Shown here piece by piece: positions 9,002-18,239 of a DNA stretch of 20,000 nt; positions within the stretch are counted from its first letter, which is position 1; each line of letters opens with the position of its first letter. Made by a program: the position numbers and the translations under genes. Below the pieces are notes generated by a model. The model did no database searches and was not told the origin of the DNA. It saw only the letters and a list, made by a program, of their open reading frames with translations. Source of the stretch: Lophium mytilinum (Eukaryota); contig MU004184.1 in NCBI GenBank assembly GCA_010093605.1, forward strand, positions 2,462,354 to 2,482,353, read 5' to 3'.

Positions 9002-11272
9002 TTAAAGAAACCCCCAGCCGGAGAACCACCCCTTCTTCTTCACAGCCGGTTCCCATTCCACCGGCGGATCCGTACCCATGTCACCCAGAGCCCGCCGACC
9101 CTCTTTCGTCCACACGCCCTCATCTGGATCCCAGAAATTGCCCAAAACAACCGCCTTCCCATGTACGGGGCAACGATGATCCTGGCAGAGACACACCGAG
9201 CACCAATTCTCCTCACAGCGCCGCTCGCGCCCATGCGCCATATCCCACAATCGATCCGCCCTCGTCGTGCATTTCGGCACCTCATCTTCACGAACATCAT
9301 CCCATTCCTCACGTTCTCGATCGTCCTCGACCGCTTGAAGGTCTTTGAGCTTCCGCTCCATGTGGCCGTGGTTTCCACGCAGCTCGCGTGCCTCGAAGAC
9401 TTTGGCGTATAGACGGATGTTGCGGTCGCGGAGGGATTCTTTGAGGATCTCGTTTTCTTTTCTCGCTTGGGCAAGTTCGGAGTTCTTGACGCGTATGGCG
9501 ATTGTGGTCTCGGCGTGGAGGGTGGAGATTTCGTTGCGGAGGGACTTCTCAGCCTTCCGAGCTAGCTCCTTAATAGCGGTATTTGACTGAGCGAAGATGT
9601 GCTTTGCGACGTCGTTTGCAGACCTCAGGGAACGATTGTCCTGGGCGAGCTGCTGGTTTGCGGCTCGAAGTTGGATGTTCTCTGTGTCTGCGTGCTCGAG
9701 CATAGCGACACGCTCTTGGAGCTCGGTTTCGTTCTCTCTTGCGACCTGGAGCTCGGAGGATTGATAGGCAAGCTCGTACTCGGCCTTCAAGCGAGCGGCG
9801 CGTTCGTGATTGAGCGGTCGGGACTTAGATTGGTCATGTAGCTGGTGGATATTGACGAAGCCGGCGTGGAGGAGCTCGAGGGCTTCAGGAAGTTGCATGT
9901 GTTCGCCCTCTTCGCTTGTCTTCATACTTTGCAAAGCATATGCCGTGTCGCGGAGAAGCGTATCTAAGTGATCAGCGAACGCATCATCCATTCCCCCGTC
10001 AATGGATAGATGGGCAGGCTTTGCGGGTAATGAGGGTTGAGGTATCCGAGAAGGAAATTGTGGTAACACACCTCGGCGCGGTTTGCGGCCTCTAGAGAGC
10101 GGATTGAAGTGATTTGTCGACGAGTAAGTTGGAACGAGGTCTTGATCTTGACGATTTGGAGTATCCACTGCTAGCTGCCTGAGGTCGTACAATGGTCCCC
10201 GGAAATCATTTTCATTGCCAGCGGGAAACGAATCGAAGCCGTTGGTTTGCGGTTTCATGCCCGGCTTACTACGGATTTGAGACTGCTGACGCTGTAATAC
10301 CAGCTCGTTCGCCTTCGACGAAAGATTCTGGAAGTCTGGAACGCGGTGAATAGGGGTCTGTACACCGCTGGAGGGCCTATAATTTCTCGGGGTGGCAGTG
10401 TTTCGAGTAGATGGAGGGGGAGTAGACAACAGTGTCACTCCGTCCTCGGTCTCGTATGTATGATGTGTGCTAAGAGGGTGGTTCTCGTCCGTTTCCGAGA
10501 AATTTGTTTCGCTACCATCGCACTCCCATTCGGAGGGCAGTGATTCGCGGGATTCATGGCGTGAGATTGGGCGATCTCGATGGTTGTCTGTCGTAGTCTC
10601 GAGGTCTGAGCCTGGTATTAGGGTTGATGCCTTTCGCTTGACCTTGGAACTTGAGGACTGCGTTCCATCGAATGAGTTATCGGCATATCCTACAATGGTT
10701 TTCGTGGCAGTAGACCGATTCTCATACGATGCGAGTGTCTTGACATTGGTCCGCTTCTCATCTCCGTCTTGGCTCAGGCCTTCAACAGATTGATCGTCTA
10801 GGAAAGGAGTTGGAGATGGAGACGATGTCATTCCGATTTCCCCTGGACTATCACCATCAGTTTCCTCGTGGAGGCACTCTCTACGGTTCTCTGCCACTAC
10901 ATCGTCCAAGACTGCAACGATCGCGGCTGTAGTCATAGGAAGCCCCTCGAGGCCGTGTTCCGTGGACGCTCCAAGGGGAGCATTCACACTCCTAACACCA
11001 TCCACCGCGATGATGATGCCAGCATTGGCCCGAGTATCCGCGGCACGCCCCGCCGCTTCGTCGATTGTATTAGAGATGTGTTCAGATTCCAGGCCCGCGG
11101 GACCTGAAGCCATCTGGCAATAAAGCGTTCCATCGTCGCTCTTGGACCCAACGTTCGGCGCGGTCAAGGAAGGACTATTGTGGAGCCTACGTGATTGAGG
11201 TCGAGGTCGAAGCGGAGCGGGTGGGCGACAATGTTCGTCGTCGATATCGCGAGAGTGAATGTGGTCGGGCAT
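9002..11272 (-). CDS. Hypothetical protein, 756 aa: disordered S/T/P/D/E-rich N-terminal half, coiled coil, Cys/His-rich tail
   Basis: Uninterrupted 2271-nt ATG-initiated ORF. A heptad-like charged region (ARENETELQERVAMLEH...ENEILKESLRDRN) is followed by C-terminal RCEENWCSVCLCQDHRCPVH. No family recognised. Confidence 0.7.
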   Translation of the reverse strand: MPDHIHSRDIDDEHCRPPAPLRPRPQSRRLHNSPSLTAPNVGSKSDDGTLYCQMASGPAGLESEHISNTIDEAAGRAADTRANAGIIIAVDGVRSVNAPLGASTEHGLEGLPMTTAAIVAVLDDVVAENRRECLHEETDGDSPGEIGMTSSPSPTPFLDDQSVEGLSQDGDEKRTNVKTLASYENRSTATKTIVGYADNSFDGTQSSSSKVKRKASTLIPGSDLETTTDNHRDRPISRHESRESLPSEWECDGSETNFSETDENHPLSTHHTYETEDGVTLLSTPPPSTRNTATPRNYRPSSGVQTPIHRVPDFQNLSSKANELVLQRQQSQIRSKPGMKPQTNGFDSFPAGNENDFRGPLYDLRQLAVDTPNRQDQDLVPTYSSTNHFNPLSRGRKPRRGVLPQFPSRIPQPSLPAKPAHLSIDGGMDDAFADHLDTLLRDTAYALQSMKTSEEGEHMQLPEALELLHAGFVNIHQLHDQSKSRPLNHERAARLKAEYELAYQSSELQVARENETELQERVAMLEHADTENIQLRAANQQLAQDNRSLRSANDVAKHIFAQSNTAIKELARKAEKSLRNEISTLHAETTIAIRVKNSELAQARKENEILKESLRDRNIRLYAKVFEARELRGNHGHMERKLKDLQAVEDDREREEWDDVREDEVPKCTTRADRLWDMAHGRERRCEENWCSVCLCQDHRCPVHGKAVVLGNFWDPDEGVWTKEGRRALGDMGTDPPVEWEPAVKKKGWFSGWGFL

Positions 11273-11446
11273 AATGAAGCCGCTTACACAAGATGGCTTC
11301 GGTAGGCTAGGAATATGATTAAGAGATGAAAGAGTTGTACAGTGGTGTGGGTCAAAATTGGTGGGTGTGGTGGTTACTGTTGATAGAGTGGAGAAAGAAA
11401 TTGGGCGTATCTAGTCATAAGTAGCTGGTCAAAAAGGATTGACTCC

Positions 11447-11471
11447 CAAGAGCGAGTCAAGAGCGAGTCAA
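11447..11471 (+). repeat. 11-bp tandem duplication (CAAGAGCGAGT x2 + CAA)
   Basis: The sequence reads caagagcgagt caagagcgagt caa. Confidence 0.8.
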
Positions 11472-11800
11472 CAAGGTGAATAAATTGATACTTCGGTAAA
11501 TAACACTACAGTACCTGCGGCAGTCCACATGCGTGCACGTGACCGCTAATATTCAGCAAGACTGCGAATAAAATGCGAGTGCGAATATTAGGATACTGTA
11601 GTCTAACATTGAGCGAAACAGTAAGAAGATCGATTTTTGACTGGAATGCTGAGACGTGTGAGTGAAAGGGTTAGAGATGGATATCAGCTGGCTGTGAAGA
11701 CTTGATGTTTGATTTTTGCTTGCGTCTTTGATTGTGATGAAGTCTTGGATTGAAACTGTTTCCAAACTCCAATTTTCGAGACATACTCCTGATGCCCTTC

Positions 11801-12422
11801 CTACGCCAGCTGTGTCGATAGCGCAGTAACTTGATCTAACAACGCCTGGCTCTCAGAAGCCGAATTCTTCGTTACTTTACCTAGCAAATGCTCCACCGTC
11901 TGACTCGGGTCCGTAATGGCCACACCCTGGGCTGTTTGGATCCTCGCAATCTGAAATGCAAGGAAGAACTTGGGCGACTTGATTGCTAGGCTCCCGCCGG
12001 TGCTACGTAAACCAGCTTCAGTGGCCAAATACAAGTCAAGATTCGTTTGAAAAGTTGCCAAGTCGGTCGAGGCAAGCGGTGTTGACGTCGCGAAGGTGTC
12101 CAGTGCGAATTGAAGAGGTGTCGATGAAGAGGCGGCAAAGTTGACGGAGGAGAATGACACGCCGGCTTCAGTCACATCGGGAACGGTGCCAATGGTCGTA
12201 GTAGAGGTGTCGCACGTAATCTTTGATTGGATGGATTCCACTGATGTTGCGGTCTCGGCGGGGAGTGCGGTACTTCCTACAACAAAACACGCTTGAGCCT
12301 GACGTGGGAGGGCGAGAGGTGCTGAAGTGGTGAGCAAGGACATATCTCGGCATAGAAGTTTCAACCGACAAACCTGCAGAGGCGGCACTTGCGAGGATGA
12401 AAGCGAAGACTGAGTACTTCAT
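11801..12422 (-). CDS. Small secreted protein of unknown function, ~189 aa, two Cys
   Basis: complement(join(11801..12321,12374..12422)) = 570 nt with a 52-nt GT-AG intron. Signal peptide MKYSVFAFILASAASA, then APLALPR (propeptide-like) and QAQACFVVG...PDVT...LYLATEAGLRS...IKSPKFFLAFQIARI...VEHLLGKVTKN. Confidence 0.88.
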
Positions 12423-13222
12423 TTTGTTTGTGTAAAGGAATGAAATATTGAAAATTTGATGAACGGGATCCAGATGACAACCGATGGAATAGTGATATGG
12501 TACAAGGAGGGCAATGATGGACTGGAAAAGAATGAATGCGGATTGTATCTATGCAGTATATCAGCACCTATCTATACACGCCTCAAAATATGCCCTCGGC
12601 TCGCGCTGCTGGGCAAAACATTCCAGACGTCTGATCTTCTCGTCAAACCTTTCCGAGCTGCCTCATCTGAAATTTGAAATGATCAGGCTGTCAACAATGC
12701 TACCCAAACCTTTTGTCGCGTAGGAAAGGCTGTAACGTCGGCAGTTCCAATAACATGAATGGTGTTGGTGTAAAGATAGATTTTATTGGTGTGACGTCGG
12801 AGGTTTCTGATTCCTTGCTGTCGCTTCGCTGCCGCTCGGCCCCTGATCCCAATGAAGCACTTCGCAGAGTATGAGAGCCCGCCCCACAAGACCCTTCGCT
12901 TGGTGTCGATGTTTCAATTCGGCGTACTCTTGAGTATGCAAAGTGCACGATCCTAGGATGTGAAGAGAGCAGCATGGTTGTCACGTGACTGGAACCTGAC
13001 GTCTTCCCACGCTCCAGTCTCGCCTGGGACCTTGGGGTAAATTCATTCCTCGATAAGGTAGTGTTCGAGTATTACTTAGGCAATCTAAAGAAAGCTGGAA
13101 GAATGTCTATATCTAGAATCCAGATGGGTAACGTGGCAAGTTTAGATAGATTCGAGGTAGAGGACTCTGAACCGTGGTTGAATTCAAATAATCTTAGCAC
13201 AGACCCACATTAGTACGACTCG

Positions 13223-14288
13223 ATGACACTTACCTTACGTGCGCCTGGAACTCTGGAAAACATCAGCACAGTCAAAGCAGCCGCCCAAAAAGTTCGCCAG
13301 AGTTTTGTTTCCCCGGTCATCGACATCGAGTACCTGATACCGATCGCGAATCAACCCTACCAGACAAGAAACAACAGATTTTTCTACAAGTACTCCTTCC
13401 CAAGTCCAAGTAAAGGAAGCTAGCGACGAGAACATTCCTAGCCGGATGAAGATGGCAGAATCCTGCGATGGAGCCGTCTCGACCGGAAGTGATTCCAAAC
13501 CCTACGAGCCTGCATCGAAGACGACCATCTGAAACGATGTTTCCAATCGAACTCCAGGAGCACCGACACGTTTTACACTCTTCCCGGGGCTTCCCCGCGA
13601 GCTCCGAGACCTCGTGTACGCGCACTACTTCCAGGACCGTATCCAACTCCACGATGGAATTCGGCCTAACACACCCCATTACCCAGTTTCCGGGCAACTC
13701 TACCCAATCTTACATGTCAACAAGACCATGCACGGAGAGGCGAAAGAGATTCTTGCGCGCGACACTCTTTTCATTGCCGGCTGCATGCAATGCATGATCC
13801 GGCACTACGATCAAGCGGTGAAGGACAAGTTGGACCTCATGAAAGGCTTCCTTACTACGGAAGAAAACGGCGTGCGAAACTTTCGCAGTGGAACATTGCT
13901 CTGGGAGGGCGCATGTGCGAAAAACCATCGGCGTCCGCAGAAGATAATCAAGGCTTGGGTAGAGGCTTCCATGGACGCCCAGTGGAAAGGCCGGAAGCGA
14001 TATACAATAATCAGCATACTACCAGAGATCGACTGGACCCCTCCGTACTTCAAATGGCTCTCTGCTAAGAGCCGGGAGGCGTTCATCGATTGTTTAGGGG
14101 TATTGTCAAAGGACCCAGTAACCGTCTGGACGGTGGAATGCAACGTCCCGCTGGACTGTTTCAAAGATTACATTGGGGATCCGGAAATTTTGTGCAAAGA
14201 TGTGATGAGAATGTCGCAGCAACATGGAATTCAGGTCAATATCACGAAGGGGTGCGCATGCAGATTTGACCATTATTGGGGCTCTTAG
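13223..14288 (+). CDS. 2EXR/F-box-like motif protein; 5' structure uncertain, possible pseudogene
   Basis: The frame of ORF 13614..14288 extends upstream as RFTLFPGLPRELRDLVYAHYF, an F..LP.ELR..(I/V)Y motif. The same frame opens at ATG 13446 but has TGA at 13530-13532. ORF 13223..13389 joins it in frame through a possible intron 13390..13441 (GTACTC...CCTAG). Confidence 0.5.
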
Positions 14289-14618
14289 CTAGCTGCACCA
14301 CACTGGAAGTAGAGACCCCCTTCCACTCTGCTATCTATCCGCGATCGTCTTGATATGTCTGTACAGTCCTTTGGCGCAGACGAAGTCAGCAACTACATAG
14401 AAATCTTGACGTCATCGCCGTTGACACGATACAGCCGGTGAACGGCTACCCATTGCGAATACATAAGAAAATGCATCATGCTCGGGGATTCCAAGAGCCT
14501 TTCCCATCGGGTGATTGCTTTGTTGCCACCACTACCATGTATGCGAAAAAGTCAAACTCAAAATATTCCAAGGCCCAATTTTCAGAAGGCCGTGTTCTCC
14601 GGGTCAAAAAGCCCTTCC

Positions 14619-16187
14619 TCAGTATGGCAGGATGTTCAGAAGGACAGCTACCTCAACTTGATTCTCGTGCATGAACCGATAAACCTCTCGCGCGATGGGA
14701 AACTCCTGAAACTTGACGGTATTGAGGATCCACAGAAGCATCTTCCAGTTATCCGCCAACGCTTGCCTAATATAGACGATAGCAGGGTCTAGCTGCGTCT
14801 TTTTCTTCAGAATCTCCTGAAACCGGAGCACGGTAGTCTTCGTGTTTTCTAGAACGAACTCTGCGGGTAGCAGATCAGTGCGACCATGATCTAGCGCCAC
14901 CTTCATGACGACCTGCAACGCAAAACCTAGCCTGTCTCCCTCAACGTGGTTTGATTTGCATCGTTGCAAGAAGTCCCGACCCTTCAAATCTTTCGCCGTC
15001 GGATCGGCGCCGTGTGCGAGAAGTAGGTTGAGGATTTTGGCCCTGTCTGCGATATCCTGGCCCTCCAGTGATTCTTCATCTACGCGCTCTTTGACTGCAA
15101 TATCCAGAGCGTGGACCTTAGTATCCGAACCCTTCTTACAGGTCAGCGTGAAGGCATTCGGGTTTGCCCTGTGTCTGAAGAAAAGACTAATGAGGTCCAT
15201 CTGGACCTGGAGTGGTTCACCCGGTTTGCACAGGCTGACAACATGGTGAAGGGGTAGGTATTGAGACTCTTCACCAGCATCATTCTTGATGGTGCAAAGC
15301 TGGAGAGAAGCGCCAAACTCCACTAACGCCATCGCCGTCTTATAGTGCTGCCTAGTGATTGCTACTCGGAGCCATGGCCCCTTCACCGTCTCCCAGAGAG
15401 GTTCATCCTCTGGTATAGCCTGGTTTGGTTTCGCGCCCGCTTTGAGGAGCGCGCGGACAAGCTCGGCCTTCTCGTCGTGTCTCAAGAGCAGGGTGCATAG
15501 TATGTCCCTCTCATGGCGTGAGGTGGAAATCTGGTCAGCTCCATGGCGCGCCAGCAGCTTGAACACCTCGGGCTGGTCTATGGTTTGGTGCAGCCACGAG
15601 CGTGACGTCCGATCATGAGAATACCAACTGAAGTGAGAGTTCCGCTGCACTTCGAGTTCGTTTGGATCAGCTCTGTGCTTAAAGAGAAGTGTCTCGATCA
15701 ACTTCAGCCTCTTCGCCGGATAGTCCGTGGTCGCGTATCGTTTTTCCTGGTCCTTTCTCGCAAGGAGTTCGTGGAGGATAATGGTCGCGTAATCCTTACG
15801 GCCTCTCAGTTGTACTATTCCTTTATCGGCTACCTTCGCGACGATTTCCGTTATAGTCTCGATCTCGAAGTAGTCGCCGTCGCTAATACGCTGTAAGACC
15901 TCCCTGGTAGCGCCTCGGTCGTTCGGCCAGGTCTCGCATTGAGTAAGGAGGTATCGCACGAGGAGAAAGTTGTCTTTGTTGACAGCCCATTCGATGGCCG
16001 GAATGGTAGCTGTGTCTTCCGCACGCTCTCCGCTGGCAGGTCGATCCACGATGGCGCGCGCGTGGAACTCGCCGTGGAGGAGGTTCTGGTAGCGCCAGCA
16101 TGTTTGGCTGAGCCTGTATAACGACCGATCATCTAGATAGAGCGCTGTCTCCAGCACCAGCTCGTTTGGCATCCTAGGGAACGACAT
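14619..16187 (-). CDS. F-box-like N-terminus plus degenerate ankyrin-repeat protein, 522 aa
   Basis: Single long ORF. The N-terminus MSFPRMPNELVLETALYLDDRSLYRLSQTCWRYQNL is F-box-like. Ankyrin-type segments: AIEWAVNKDNFLLVRYLL, LLFKHRADPN, LLARHGAD, LLKAGAKPN, LRVAITRQHYKTAMALVEFGA, FFRHRANPN, LLLAHGADPTAKDLKGR. Confidence 0.82.
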   Translation of the reverse strand: MSFPRMPNELVLETALYLDDRSLYRLSQTCWRYQNLLHGEFHARAIVDRPASGERAEDTATIPAIEWAVNKDNFLLVRYLLTQCETWPNDRGATREVLQRISDGDYFEIETITEIVAKVADKGIVQLRGRKDYATIILHELLARKDQEKRYATTDYPAKRLKLIETLLFKHRADPNELEVQRNSHFSWYSHDRTSRSWLHQTIDQPEVFKLLARHGADQISTSRHERDILCTLLLRHDEKAELVRALLKAGAKPNQAIPEDEPLWETVKGPWLRVAITRQHYKTAMALVEFGASLQLCTIKNDAGEESQYLPLHHVVSLCKPGEPLQVQMDLISLFFRHRANPNAFTLTCKKGSDTKVHALDIAVKERVDEESLEGQDIADRAKILNLLLAHGADPTAKDLKGRDFLQRCKSNHVEGDRLGFALQVVMKVALDHGRTDLLPAEFVLENTKTTVLRFQEILKKKTQLDPAIVYIRQALADNWKMLLWILNTVKFQEFPIAREVYRFMHENQVEVAVLLNILPY

Positions 16188-16703
16188 GACTGTGTGGTGG
16201 ACGAGTTGGGGGGGGTGGATGGAGTGGTGGTGTGTTTGACAGGAAAGCCCTCATTGTGCGAAGAAGGCCTTAAATATGTAGCTTTGTTACATCGGGAGCT
16301 GCTCCGCCTAATTCAATTCACTGAATTACTAGCTGGTCCCTTAATAGAATTTTACGTACTCTAAGAATATAATTAGATACTATAGTAAGGTAGATTAGTA
16401 TAGATATATAAGCGGTATATAATAAGCGTCTAGGCCCCTTTTTAATTATAGAGGGTAGAGCTTTATTATCTATTATCTTTTCTTTTTATAAAGTCTACTC
16501 TAAGTAGTATAATAGCTATAGCCTTATCTTTAATATAATATAATTAAGATTATTTTTTTCTACTCTTTTTTTCTTTTAGTAAATATAATTCTTACTTTTA
16601 TAACTATTCTATTATAGGGACTAGAGGGTTAAAGTTATATAAAGAGAAGTAAGTTTAATATAGAGAAAATTAACCTTTAAAAATTGCGTGTAGTATAACC
16701 TTA

Positions 16704-17241
16704 TACTACTGCATTTAACTACTATAATATAAAATAGAGTATATATATAAAGAATAATACTTAGAATATAATATAATAGCGTTCTATTAACTTTAATTTA
16801 ATTTATAAGCTATAGTAGTAGCTTAAGGTAGATATAGAGAGACTATAGAGTGCGCAGGCACAGGATAGAAATTACTTAAAGAGTTTAGCGTAAGAATAGC
16901 CTTACGCTTAAGAATTAGTGTAACTACTACTATATATAACTACTATAATGTAGTATAGAAGAAATATATAAAGGATTATATATAATATATAATATAATAG
17001 TAATCTATTAACTTAGAATTAATATATAGGCTATAGTAGTAGTAGCAGTTATATATAGAGGTAAGATTCTAAATAATAGAAGTTACTTAAAGAGTTTAGT
17101 ATAATACTAGCCTTATACTTAATAAAGACCTTAACTAGCGCTATATAGAACTACTATAATATAAGATTAAAGATATTTATAAGAAAAATTACTTATTATA
17201 TAATATAATAGTATTCTAGTAATTTAGAAATATTTTATAGG
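16704..17241 (-). repeat. Three degenerate copies of a ~155-bp unit separated by 56- and 66-bp unrelated spacers
   Basis: Units are 17087..17241 and 16876..17030, with a partial copy at 16704..16809. Shared plus-strand anchors: aatataatag (16770, 16991, 17202), aactactataat in all three, and ttacttaaagagtttag (16872, 17083). Confidence 0.75.
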
Positions 17242-18239
17242 CTATAGTTATAGCTCTAGGTAGGTATAGAGGGTAAGGAAAGAGGGTAGCTAGTAGCGTA
17301 GAGTATAGCCCTATAATTAAGCAGCCTTCTACTACTATATATAATAACTTCTAGATATTAAGATACTATAATAGAGCTATAATACTAGATATAGTATATA
17401 TAATTAAATTTAAAGTATTATAGAAAAGGTAAAGTTCTAGTAGTAGGTGCCTATAGAGGGTAATAGATATAATAGAAAGGGTTTTATATTATAATAGCCT
17501 TACCTTAGTATAGGTTACTACTAGATAGTATTCTTATATAATAGAAATTTTAGCTATATTAAATAAAATATATAAAGTAAAGAGTAGAATATAGTTTATA
17601 TAATATTTATAGATAAAGTAATTAATAGAGCTACTATAGAAAGCCTTTCTACTAGAGCCCTTTTCTAGTAACCTTAACTAAGTGGCCGTATCTATAAGGA
17701 GTATTAAAACAAGTTAGGTAGAGTAAGCCCTATAATAAGAATATTAATAAATTCTTATTTTTAACTAATTATACTCTCTAACTACTTTCTACTTCTTAGC
17801 TCTATATTTTAAACTATTATCCCCCTTACTACTATACCTAGTAGTTAGTATAAAACGCCCCTAAAAGTACTAGAATAAAGAAGAGTAAAAAGTAGCTAAA
17901 TTATATTTAATAGTAGATTTAAACTAATATAAGAGAGATAAAAAGAAGAGAGCTATAGACTAAATAGCTATAGTAGAAGAGGCTAGTAAGCCTACTTCTA
18001 CTTCTATTCTAGATCTATTTCTAATTATTTTTAAAAACTCTAGAGGTCTTTCTAGTATAAATATTAGGGCCCCTTATTCTACCCGCCCTACGCCTACGCC
18101 CTTTTAATAACTAATTACACCTTAAAAGCCTTTAGAGGAAACTATTATATAACTTATAATTAGTATATCTTTTATAATCTTCTAGTATTTATAGTTAGGT
18201 TTTAATAAACTTAAGTAGAACCTGTCTTAATAGAAGAAT

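Noticed and set aside
1895..16132. Numerous short antisense or alternate-frame ORFs overlapping the called genes (e.g. 4724..5185, 8836..9348, 14905..15249)
   Set aside because: They are shadows of real coding sequence with no independent motifs.
16320..16360. TTAC tetramers near the RIP boundary as a Starship target-site signature
   Set aside because: A 4-mer is expected by chance in AT-rich DNA. The other end of the element and any captain gene are not visible.
16704..17241. CRISPR-like repeat-spacer interpretation of the unit/spacer array
   Set aside because: The context is eukaryotic, the units are ~155 bp and degenerate, and there are no cas genes.
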